A program made the translations under genes and the position numbers. Shown piece after piece: positions 1 to 10,675 of a DNA stretch of 64,000 nt. Source of the stretch: Laetmonice hystrix (lineage: Eukaryota). Each line of letters begins with the position of its first letter. Positions within the stretch are counted from its first letter, which is position 1. The notes under the pieces were generated by a model. The model was given only the letters and a program-made list of their open reading frames with translations. It did not search any database and was not told the DNA's origin. The stretch covers positions 3,658,001 to 3,722,000 of the forward strand of contig OZ249448.1 of the NCBI GenBank assembly GCA_965235115.1, written 5' to 3'.

Positions 1-1034
1 CGATGTATTTTGTTCACACTTGTCTAGACAAAGGCGGTTGTCTTTTTTTGTCCCTGCTTCCAGTCTGAACGATTGCTTCCAGCTATTGTTGAGAAGCACG
101 TTCTTAACAGCTCGTCAAGGGTTGAGCTGGCAGAGTAGCCCGACCGATTACGGAATGCCCTGAATACATAGGCACTTCCTCCTGCAGTCACAGTCTGGAA
201 GGGGTAAGCCGAATGAATATTGTTCACTGCTAGTTTATTGATGTGGATTCTATTAAATGCGAAGTGCGCATTCTGCGTGAGAAATGTGCAGATTATCCAA
301 CTGCACAAATAGGAGGCGTGTATACAATCCATGGAGTTGGGACATGGTGGGGTCCGATAATCCAACTTGTTGTTGGTAGTCGAGAGGGATATCCCCCCCC
401 CTCCCTGATTTCTTGGATACCCCATAGAAAGTCTTTGATTATAGTTTTAGGTACAAATCTTGGGAGGACCCATGTTGGTTTCGACCATCATTCAAAGGGT
501 TACTGGGTTTCTTTTCAGAAACAAATAAAGGCTATTATGTTGGTGATTGCCCCGGGCCCCATAGTATTGGAAAGAAGTCCCATGCAAACCAGATTTTGAA
601 ACCTTTTATTCGGCAGGATAGAGCCATTCAAAGGCTAACAGAAACAGCTGGATATTCGAACCATCTACGTCTACGCCTCTAACCCAACCAGACATCAACC
701 AGGTTTCTAATTATGAGGTTTGCTCAAAAATTGAAACCACAATACATTATAATTAATTGGAAAACACTCCCCCACAAAAAAGAAAGAAATACTTCCCCAG
801 CACAATCTACTTCACTTGCATTTCCTCATCGTTAAACCGACAGGAAAATCCGTCGACTTCAGGAAATGTGTAGAAGAAAACCGTCTGTGGTGGGTGGTTT
901 ACTGCAGTAACCGCAATCCTTTTGTTCTATTCAAGTCAGGTGGGATGACTCGAGACACACTCTTCTTCCCACTCCACATCCATACTCCCATCGGATTCAA
1001 CTCGTGAACCCTCACTCGTATACCGCGCAAGGCG

Positions 1035-1086
1035 TCATGGGTAAAAGTAGTCCAAAATGGCGGTCGTCGGTGGACGTTGGGTCAGT
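1035..1086 (+). promoter_or_regulatory. CpG-rich promoter-like site; possible 8-codon first exon (MAVVGGRW|gtcagt)
   Basis: GGACTACTTTTACCCATGA on the minus strand (ACTAC-type ZNF143/THAP11-like motif) directly abuts CAAAATGGCGG (YY1/Kozak-type, 1053-1063). ATG at 1057 is followed by a donor-like GTCAGT at 1081. No downstream exons could be confirmed. Confidence 0.35.
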
Positions 1087-2083
1087 ATCATGGAGAGCTA
1101 TGCAGTAAAAAAATAACTACTGCACTAAATTTTCAGAGACCACACCACACCTCCGTCGGATCCCCGTTAAATGTCCGTAGAATTTCTACACTTTCACTGT
1201 CTGAGTCTAGTTCCCGAATAGCAAAGTAAACCGGAAATGGCTCGGTCGTTCCGACTGCTGTAGGCTATGAGCGCTAGTTTCGGTAAATAACCAACATGAC
1301 GTAGGCTACCCAGCTATGTTTCGGTTGTTCGGACAAAACCACCTTCAAAGACCTCCAATATTCTATTTAGTCTAGGTCTACTTAGTAGAGGATGTATGAT
1401 AGACATAGTAGCTTTGTCTAATTTTCAAAATGTTCCTGGGGAAGCATGCTCCCAGACCCTCCTTGCAGCAAGCTCAGCTTCGCTTGTCCCCATGGGCTGA
1501 GACTTTCATCATGATCAGATACGAAACAAGTCCAAATAAATCCTGGCTATGTGCCTGACTAGCGCCATCTGTTGAACGTGTCCGGCGTCCATGGGGGCCA
1601 GCAACGATGGCTATGAGCATCTTGTAATTATAAAGGACACAACTTCATTCGGGGACTGTTGTCAAGATAACATCCCCACGCCAACACCACTTTCACATTG
1701 CCAGCGTTCGCGAATCGGACGCCACATGCATTAATTGTGGAGGGACGAATCGTCGTGGTGGGGCAGTGGGACTGGATGACCCTGTCGCGATCAGCAATCA
1801 GGTTTTCTATTATCCCTCCCCCTCCCCCCACCCGAACCACTGCCCCTCCCCGCTTTATGCAGTCAGATGACCACTAAAGGCCGGTGTGTTCCATTAAGGT
1901 TAACAAGCCGGGGAGTATTAGCGTTGGCACTGGCGTCCATGTCGCCGAAGCCACTGCCGTGCCATGCCAACAGCCGTATACATTGAGAACTCGGGGCCCA
2001 ATGCCTGGTATTATTTGACCAGGCCTTGACGGTTACCGTACAACCGATCGTGTGCATGCTGAAAGCCACAGTATTAATATTAT

Positions 2084-2290
2084 GGCCTTATCCACTAAGC
2101 CGATTTTCCTTGCGACGCCCATGCGATTTTGACATCACCCTTTTATTTTACTGTTATTTTAAGAATAAAGGGTGGAACCCATTTCCTTAAACAGGGAAGG
2201 CCAGCCAGGAAAAATTTCAGCATGAAATTCCACCATTAAATCAAAAATCGCATGGCCGTCGCAAGGGGAATCGGCTTAGTGGATAAGGCC
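2084..2290. mobile_element. MITE with ~49-bp terminal inverted repeats
   Basis: Left GGCCTTATCCACTAAGCCGATTTTCCTTGCGACGCCCATGCGATTTTGA matches the reverse complement of the right end (2241-2290) with a few mismatches. No clear TSD. Confidence 0.7.
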
Positions 2291-2407
2291 CGTGATAACC
2301 ACCCCCTTGTACTCAGCTTACGGCTCCGGGGTGTCTGGGTGTCTAATACATTCCTCTCCGGAGGACCTTGTGGACCCTTTATTTTTAGACCCTCCATTAT
2401 TGTGGAC

Positions 2408-2553
2408 NNNNNNNNNNNNNNNNNNNNNNNNNNNNNNNNNNNNNNNNNNNNNNNNNNNNNNNNNNNNNNNNNNNNNNNNNNNNNNNNNNNNNNNNNNNNN
2501 NNNNNNNNNNNNNNNNNNNNNNNNNNNNNNNNNNNNNNNNNNNNNNNNNNNNN
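2408..2553. other. Assembly gap (146 N)
   Basis: Run of N. Confidence 0.99.
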
Positions 2554-3251
2554 TTCCATGTGGCATCGACTCTAACAAAGTGATATCAAATCGGAATATT
2601 CAGTTTACTACCTGTACATCTATCTGTATAAAACTGAGCCTCAATACTGGGCTGAACTGTAAATAGGAGCAGTCCATTAAAGACTACTGTCACATGGACA
2701 TGCACCGATCTGTATGAACGCGTGCGTGCCAGTGCTCGTGTTTGGGTAATGGTGTACCCAGCTGGCCCGGACCTGTAATTTAACATCGCGTGAGACTGTC
2801 ATCAACTATACAAAACATTCACACATGTACCTATTGGTTATACTTTTACCTGGAGTTGTTTGTGAAAAGCAAGTGCAGGTGTGTGTGAAGGGAGGGGAGT
2901 TCCCCAATCCTTTTACAACTTAAAATACAGCGGTTGGTGTGCAGGTGCATTGCAGAACGCAGCAAATGCAGGGATAAGGTGGGCCTTTGTGTTCAGTCCA
3001 CCCTCCAACAAAACAAAACATGGGATTCCGGAGTCGCCAAAGTCCCTGCACTATTTGTGTGACTAGAGCTAAATCGGCTCTGGTAGCATCCACGAGAACT
3101 ATGGCAAGAAGAAGTATTAGCGGTATCACTCTATTCCCCACCCTGAATCTAATCCGGACCCTCTACCACACAATTTAAAGACCCTTTATCGCCATCACAA
3201 CCCATCCCCTCCCTCCTCTAAGTATAGTCCGACACACAAACATGCATGAAA

Positions 3252-3769
3252 CAGGGGTGGATCCACAAGGGATAGTTTGGGGGAACGAGGGTCGGTACAT
3301 ACATCCACAAGGGATAGTTTGGGGGAACGAGGGTCGCTACATACATCCACAAGGGATAGTTTGGGGGAACGAGGGTCGCTACATACATCCACAAGGGATA
3401 GTTTGGGGGAACGAGGGTCGGTACATACATCCACAAGGGATAGTTTGGGGGAACGAGGGTCGCTACATACATCCACAAGGGATAGTTTGGGGGAACGAGG
3501 GTCGCTACATACATAGAACAATTAAATGATTAGGAACTAAAACAGTGGTGGATCCAGGATTCCAGGAAAGGGCGGCACCTTTTGGTGGCCCTTTGTGGGG
3601 GGGGGGGGGGGAGTCTGGAGGCCCTCCCCAGATTTTTTTCAGGAACGCAAATAGGGAGCGGGCTGGTGGGGCCCCTCTGAATCCGCCAGTGAATAGTAAC
3701 ATAATTTGTGTAAGAGGTCGGGGGGGGGGGGCAGTGTCTCCCTTATTTCACCCACTAGATCCGCACCTG
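3252..3769. mobile_element. Non-autonomous TIR element with 5-bp TSD (hAT5-like), containing a minisatellite and a nested short element
   Basis: Left end CAGGGGTGGATCCA; right end reverse complement CAGGTGCGGATCTA. TGAAA flanks both sides (3247-3251, 3770-3774). An inner CAGTGGTGGATCC...GAATCCGCCAGTG unit lies at 3543-3691. Confidence 0.6.
3261..3512. repeat. Minisatellite, 6 x 42 bp
   Basis: Unit ATCCACAAGGGATAGTTTGGGGGAACGAGGGTCG(G/C)TACATAC. Confidence 0.97.
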
Positions 3770-3825
3770 TGAAAGTATAAATGAAACTTACTCAAATCTT
3801 TCGTAATCTGGCGAACAAATCACTC

Positions 3826-3876
3826 CGCCTGCGCCTGCGCAACGTGGCGGGAAATCCACGTAAGACAAGCGGAAGT
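3826..3876. promoter_or_regulatory. Housekeeping-type promoter motif cluster
   Basis: CGCCTGCGCCTGCGCA (NRF1-like), TGGCGGGAAA (E2F, 3845-3854) and GCGGAAGT (ETS/GABP, 3869-3876) within 50 bp, at the start of a CpG-rich stretch running to ~5070. Confidence 0.45.
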
Positions 3877-5555
3877 TACAAGCATTGGCCGAAGCCATAT
3901 CATCCGCGCACGCGTTGTGAAACGTAATCCTTCGTCCTAAAAGCGTTCACATTACGTTAGAAAAACACGACCCCGTCCCCCTCCACACTCTCGCCTGCTG
4001 TCATGGAAACTGAGGCCTTGGGGTGGGACGCTGGCTGGATCGCCATTATAAAGAAACCGTCGCTCCTTGAGCGTCTGACAGGCCACGGTTGAAGCCGCGA
4101 CAGCTGCTTCAGTGGTTGGAGCCACATTGAAACTGGCGGCCCCCTTCACAATGAGGCGTCGTCATTCAGCAAGCACAAGGGAGGAAAGAAACTGAGCTGT
4201 CGTTTTCATGAATTATGATGCCGTCTGTTTGTCGTGTGTTGGATGATGGCACGCTGCCATGAAAGAGGGGGGAGAGGGAGATAGAAGGGTACGACGTCAC
4301 CCTCGCGACACGAGGGCACCAGGTCCGACGGTCATGATAGCAGACCAACATATCAAGGACCCGACATGGCCGTGTGCTACCACCAGCATCTGGTGTGACC
4401 GTTTCAGCAACATGTCAACAAGTGGCCTTCACCGCAACACAAAACAGGTAGTAGTAGGCCGAGTCGTAGGGTAATCCGTGCTAGTCCCAGTCACCAACCC
4501 ACATCTTCTGAAACCTCCAACGGCACGGCATTCCTCTCCGCGAATAGCAACACAACACGCTGCCCCACCTCAGCACGCTCAAACCATCCTGTCCATTGAA
4601 TACTGCATGTCATCCTCTCGGAGGAAGCCCCAGCATTACCATGGCAACAGACCGCTGTGGGTTATCTGTTATATTCGGCAGACTACCTGGCACATCCTAG
4701 GAAAATCCACGTGCAATGCACCTCCTACTGGAGTATTTCATTCCAGGCAAAAACAGCCCCAGCCGCTCAGCGGGGTCGCGTGGCATGTGTAATCTAGTGA
4801 CAACGCTTCCGACTATACTCCAGGATTGAAGGTAATTCCTCCCCCAGCGAGCCGGGCCGGGATGTCCTCCAGCGAGAACCAACACAACGTGCCACTCCTC
4901 CTGAGCCTGATGCAATGGAGGCGTACGTTATGCTCCGGACCTCGCCGAGGACCATCCGCCTGGCGGTAGATGGCGCCACAGTCATCGGTCCCGCGTCACA
5001 ACGCGAGCGCGGCACCAGCGCGCGTCGTGTCAGCGCAGACGTCGCAAGGCCGCGTTTAGATCCACCAGTGTCTTGCTGTAACTACTGATTTTTTGGAATA
5101 ACCCCTTTAACGTTGACCGCGGATTTAAAACTAACATTTCCGTGTGGTTATGTAATTACCCCTGGCTGCATGTACTATGCCATCGTTTCACATCCCGTCA
5201 GGTGAAATTGTACAAGGCGGGGCAGAAATAAAAGCTGACGGCTGGCTGCTATAGCCTTGGGGTGCCCGCCCGCACCTGCCTGCCAGCTCGCGCTAGGAAT
5301 GGGGTCGGCCCTCACGTAGTGGGGATTGAGGTGGCACGCGTCGCTCGCGACAAATGGGATAGAATAGGGGGCACGTCGTGTGCACCGCCACCGCCACCGC
5401 CACCGCCGCCACCACCACCACCGCCAGCCCACCATTGAGTCGAATTCTGCATGCCGTACGTGCACCCACACACGGTCAGAATTATTAACGGCCAATGGCT
5501 TTTTGATTTGTGCCACCCTAGCTGGAACGTCATTCATGGGTGGTGTGTAGCGTAT

Positions 5556-6768
5556 TGGGGGGTTTCCACGGGCACGATTTTAGGGCACGCATTGCCACGC
5601 ACTCGGGCGTGCCAATGCGCAAAGTATGCGTAAACTAGCGTGAAGAGTGCGTGAAGTGTGCGGGAATGCGTGGCATGTCGTAGAGAGAATTTTAAACTGT
5701 TCAAAATTTTGGCACGCATTCTTTTCGGGCCATGTTCGTGAACTATGCGCAAACACTGCGTGAACACTGCGTGAACTCGTCGCGAACACTGCGGACGGTG
5801 CGCGTCAGTGCGCACCATGCCAAGCCATGCCACGACATGTCACGCAGTCACACGCCTTGTTCACGAACTGTCCACGACTAGGATGCGCCAGTGCGGTCCT
5901 CAAGGTATGTGACGTGTACTTCACGTGTAGATCTCAGAAGCAGTTCACGACAAGTTCACGCATAGTCACGAACAGTTTGCGCATGGCACGACCTCCTCAC
6001 GACGTGCTCACGCAGCGATTGCGAACAGCTCACGACCAATGCACGACAATGTCGCTCGCGGGTATATAAAGGGCTTCGTGGCCACGCGCCATTCCAGAAC
6101 TTGCCAGCGAAAACAAAACATGCGGAAAGGACGAGGAAGAGGGAATCAGAGAGGGCGACAGTGCGACAGGCCGGAGAAAGAGGCCGCCGAGAGAGATATC
6201 TCCCCCCAGTCGTCCACATCAAGTGTCGACGTGGAGACCCAGCAAGATCCCCAGAGAGAGCCATCCAGTGGGGAAGAGGCGACCCAGCAGAAAACCCAGC
6301 AGAAGAAGAAACGGATCCGGGTCTCCAAAAAAGAAATCCCCGAGTACTGCTGGACGGATGAGCGGACGAGGAGGGTGGCGGTTGGGGAATGAAGAACCCA
6401 GTTGGGGAATGAAGCCAGAGGTGAGACGGACCCCTTTTTATATGGCGTGCCAAGCGTGGCCGAAACTCGCCACGACGACCTGAGATTTGCGCGATCTCGT
6501 CGGGCCAATGCGGGTTGTGCGTAAAGTGTGCTTGACATCGCGTGAACAGTGCGTAACATATGCGTAGATACGTCATGCCATTTCGTGTCAATGCGCAGAC
6601 TTTTGGGCACGCATTGCGCAGACAGTGCGTAATCTATGCGTGAACAGTGCGCGAACAGTGCGCATGGGATGCTTCACGATCCACTGCGTTGCACCAAAAT
6701 GGCACGCCTTGCCACGACACTTTTCGTGCTATTGCGTGCCCTAAAATCGTGCACGTGTAAACCCCCCA
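5556..6768. mobile_element. Internally deleted PIF/Harbinger-like DNA transposon
   Basis: TIRs TGGGGGGTTT(C/A)CACG(G/T)GCACGATTTTAGGGCACGCA at both ends. 3-bp duplication TAT (5553-5555, 6769-6771). Long arms rich in GCGTGAAC-type motifs and a residual ORF inside. Confidence 0.75.
6120..6392 (+). pseudogene. Truncated transposon ORF (90 aa), probably the N-terminus of the Harbinger Myb/MADF-type protein
   Basis: TATATAAA at 6063-6070 and CAAAACATG start. Acidic/basic N-terminus, then KKKRIRVSKKEIPEYCWTDE. A shifted frame continues DEEGGGWGMKNP, resembling the first MADF/SANT helix. It ends at a 14-bp direct repeat (GTTGGGGAATGAAG x2). Confidence 0.5.
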
Positions 6769-8006
6769 TATGACGTGACGTTTGAATGCATACGTCATGG
6801 TACGTCATGGTACGTCATTACGCCAGTTTGTACATGGCAGAGACAGAGACAGAATTTCTCGCTCGGAGATCACATTGGAAAGGCAGTCAAGATGTCTATA
6901 TATAGATCTACTATAGTTTCTATTAGAGGCTCACGCCTACACATGGTAACAAGTACACGTCACAACTATCCCTTGGCCAAAATAAGCCCCGACAGTGACC
7001 TCATAATAGCTAGGTTATCACGCAGAAGCAAAATGTATCCCACAATAAAATATGGCAAGAAATTATTCCTTTTAAATAGAGAGATATTGTATATTAGACC
7101 TAAGAATCTTGACCCAAGAAGGACGCTTTTTATTTAGAAAGCACGTCCCAAAAGTCTGAATGAACCATCTGTCTTTTCAACCTGTTCTCACCTTCTGATT
7201 AATCCATTTTACTGTTCGACCAAGCAGCCACAAAAAGTACACCTTGAGGCATTTCTCACGACGGAATCCTATTCTGAGGAGCCCCTGAGATGCAGCTGTT
7301 TCGAAATGTATTTCGGACTCCCTTAAGACCAACCCAACCTCGATAGAGTTCTCGCCTACAGACGTGAATCTCGCGGGCATCATATTTAAGCGTGAACGCC
7401 AGAGAAACCGCGACATTTGGGACGTTGCTGACCCAGTACGCATGCCCAGAATTACGGAAGCTGAATTACAAGAGAGACGTCGCACTCAGAGGTCAGACGG
7501 TGTCACGTGGCCTAAATGAATTTCGCTAGAGTTTCTGGGGCACCACCCTCTGGGAATGAAATGTGAATGTGAATGTGTGAGTGTGGAGATCTGGTTTATA
7601 CTACATGTTCGCTGTACAATTATCTCTGGTTCTGGCGAGCGACTATCTCATTCGCCGTGTTTAGATCGTTAACTGTGTATTTCGATCTGTTGTACTAAGT
7701 TTGTGTCGACTAAGTAAGAAAGCAAAGGGTTCAGGCCATACAAGGTTCTATGTTACACATGAAACCTCGTGATGGGGTACGTTAGTGAGGAACTTAGCCT
7801 GCCTCTTTAAGGTCATAAGGACATCATTTTGTGAAAAGATAAGTAAAAATACAATGAATGACTCTAATTTGATGTTCTAATCTTACAAGACCTTTTAATA
7901 GCAATAGAAGGAAAGAAAGAAATACAACTATCTAATACCCTCCTGAAAACGAATGCGTCTATCCTTCGCTGGTTTGCACATGGTGGGAAGCTCTTGCAAC
8001 AAATAC

Positions 8007-8055
8007 CCACCAGGTGGCAGCAGAAGCAGCAAAGTGATCGTAGCGCCCCCAGGTG
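8007..8055. promoter_or_regulatory. Pair of oppositely oriented CTCF-like motifs
   Basis: CCACCAGGTGGCAG (+, 8007-8020) and CACCTGGGGGCGCTA (-, 8041-8055), both close to the CTCF core consensus. Confidence 0.4.
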
Positions 8056-9673
8056 TACAAGAATCGTACTATGTAACTTGTTACATTGACGCCTAAACTG
8101 TCTGGAGGCCTATTATATACTTTTCACAAAATCATGGCATCATACTTCTGATGGATTTCCTTCAACATACTTAAATTATTTAAGCAGGCACAGTGAGGAA
8201 TATGTTTTAGATTTGTTAACGTTTGGACCCCCACGTGAACCATTTAGACCAGCCCGATTAGTATCTCGGCCTACCTACATCAAAACCAGGGCCTGCAGAA
8301 TAATTCCTGGTTATATACCCGGCTTCTGATATACCAACAGAAACTATATGTTGTCTGTACTGAGTGAACCCCCGGATACTGCCCAGAAATGTCACTAGTC
8401 TGACCTCAATCGGCGGGGTGTCGCTTTGTGTGTACACGATATACAGCTGCAAAAAAAAGTTGCGTTTCTTGTCCTTCGATATGAAAAAGGTCGTCTGGTG
8501 ACGCGGCTCTTTTGTTTATTTCTTATTTTGTCTGTGGCGCGCGCGCGAGGACAACAAACAAATATTTTGTTGGGCCTACCATGAAAGGTCACCGTGGTCA
8601 AGATAAGGCACCGAGTATAGAAGTATATGATGTACATAATCTAGACGTTTTATTGCCTTGTGCGCCGGTACAGGTAGACTGAGTGTCCCATTCACGACCC
8701 ACTTTTAGATATCCGGTAGATCGATCTGGGTCATCCGCAGGTCATAGGCTTTGGGGACAAAGTGGAACATAATAGGCCTACATGTAGTAAAGTTCAATCG
8801 TTGTGGTTTACCCTACCGTTTCCTGTTCATTTGGTAAGTATACGTTTCATGCACAAATAGTGGTGGGCCTATTTCTAGGTTATCTGCTGGCTTACATCAT
8901 GTATACTTTTAGTGAAATCGTAGATTTTTAATCTCTTCTTTCAAAAGGCCATGTAGATCACACAAATATACGCATGCCTGAGACTACATACCGGCAGGTA
9001 GATAAGGAGGGTGCATGAATTGTCGATACTGTTTCTTAGTACCGTGCTTGTTGTAAAAATAGGGACAGGGATTGATGGGACATGGTCAAGGGCTCAGGGT
9101 TAGATTGGAAATCGGGCGTGAAGGCTCAAGCGCAGGGACGGAGGCTTATATAATGTGCGTGTATATGTGTTATAAACGCGGTAAGTTTGACAGGTATAGC
9201 AAGAACCGGAGTACCCGGTGGAAACCATCGGCCGTAGAAAAAGTATCTGGTAATCTTTCTAGACGACAGGGACTCCAATCCAGTCTCAAGTATGCCTGGA
9301 GGAGTTGCTGACATGAATTATTCAATCATGGCTGTGCAATTCCTGGAGAGATTTCCAACCTGATATGAAGAGGGCGGGACGGAGGTTAACACAATTTTGT
9401 GACATAAGAGTGGGATGATACAACTAGGGCCAACATTTATTATTATTATTTTTTTGTACAAGACTTTTGGAAACGACGCTGTCACTGTTTCCTTCTGAGC
9501 AAAGGATAGGACAGTTAAACATGAGAAATAATATTTTTGACAACTAGTATAGCTTCAGCTGTTAAAACTCCATATAGACCTCCATTATAATAGGCCTGTC
9601 TGAAACATTAATTCTGTCTCGCCACTGACAGGCCTGTGCATAGGTTGGGAGTCAAACACGACTGCCTGACGAC

Positions 9674-10013
9674 ATGTCTCAACCGATTTACACGCGGGCC
9701 GCCACCGATGCCGATCACAGTTCCGAAGATGACGTCATCATGGACAACATCGGGGAGGACTGCGTCTGCGCCGTGGTGTTTTCCGCCGAGGCGGGCATGC
9801 GCGCTACGAACCTCATCCGGGAAATCCCGGTCAAGGACACGCACATACGGGAATACCGAATCCAGGACTCATCCCATCTCAACACTATACCAAAGAGTCG
9901 GGTGTACCTCATGTTCGTGGATTATAACCGGGATGACGTCATTTTGGAACACGACACGTCGTCTCATGGCTTCCTCAGACTCAGCACCGTACGCCACCTA
10001 CAGGCAGTCAAAG
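9674..10013 (+). CDS. Uncharacterised tail-anchored alpha/beta-domain protein, coding exon 1 (113 codons + 1 nt)
   Basis: ORF MSQPIY...LQAVK. Donor AAAG|GTACTC at 10014 in phase 1 matches the next exon. Confidence 0.8.
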
Positions 10014-10325
10014 GTACTCAGTGTCTCAATATTGGTGGCCCCACTTTCCTCCTTGGGGGGAACAACATGGCTTAAATCGTAAGGGGTCGCAGGCCTAGGG
10101 GTGGAACGACCTAGGGGGTACGGTAGGTCTACAGGTCTGTCCCTCTTTAATTTTAGTTTTTTTTTTCATAATTGCATCAAACCTACGTAGGCTTCCTTGT
10201 CCACCTCTCCACAGTATAACTCCACTCTGTTGGCAACCATTAACATCTATAGCTTTGAAATTTTAAAACTATTTGATGAAAACAGTGCGACATTTCCAAC
10301 CAAGTTCCTTCCTTCCATTCTTCAG

Positions 10326-10675
10326 GAAGCGACATGGCACTGGTGTACTTCGATGACAGTGGTCGAGTGCCACCTAGCGGCCAGTTGTACAACCCCTCTC
10401 TCCGGGACAACGATCACGCCATCATTGCCGATCTTGCCCATAAACGGCGCTTTTTCAGCATACGACACAAATGGAACTCGGAGCAAGCAGAATCGCTGAA
10501 AACATGGCTTCCCATCAACTCTATCGATAAGGACAGAATGGCCCTGCAGATCGACAGTAGTATTCAGTCGAGCATCCGATATCAGCGAGAAAAAATCGGT
10601 TATATGGCAGCGATAATACTAATATCGATGATCATACTCGGGCTTGTGATATTTCTCATCGTTTACTACACGTGA
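10326..10675 (+). CDS. Uncharacterised tail-anchored protein, coding exon 2 (total 229 aa)
   Basis: Acceptor TTCTTCAG|GA after a pyrimidine-rich tract, giving K-G-S-D-M in frame. Ends with hydrophobic IGYMAAIILISMIILGLVIFLIVYYT-stop. AATAAA occurs downstream. Confidence 0.8.

Noticed and set aside
2236-2666. ORFs spanning the first N run (and 39534-39949 spanning the second)
   Set aside because: They are open only because N codons contain no stops.
3195-3529. Repetitive ORFs on both strands
   Set aside because: Artefact of a 42-bp (multiple of 3) tandem unit with no stops; no splice or start support.
5312-5537. Poly-Pro/poly-Gly frames
   Set aside because: Produced by a (CCR)n microsatellite; the frames are closed by nearby stops and show no recognisable domain.
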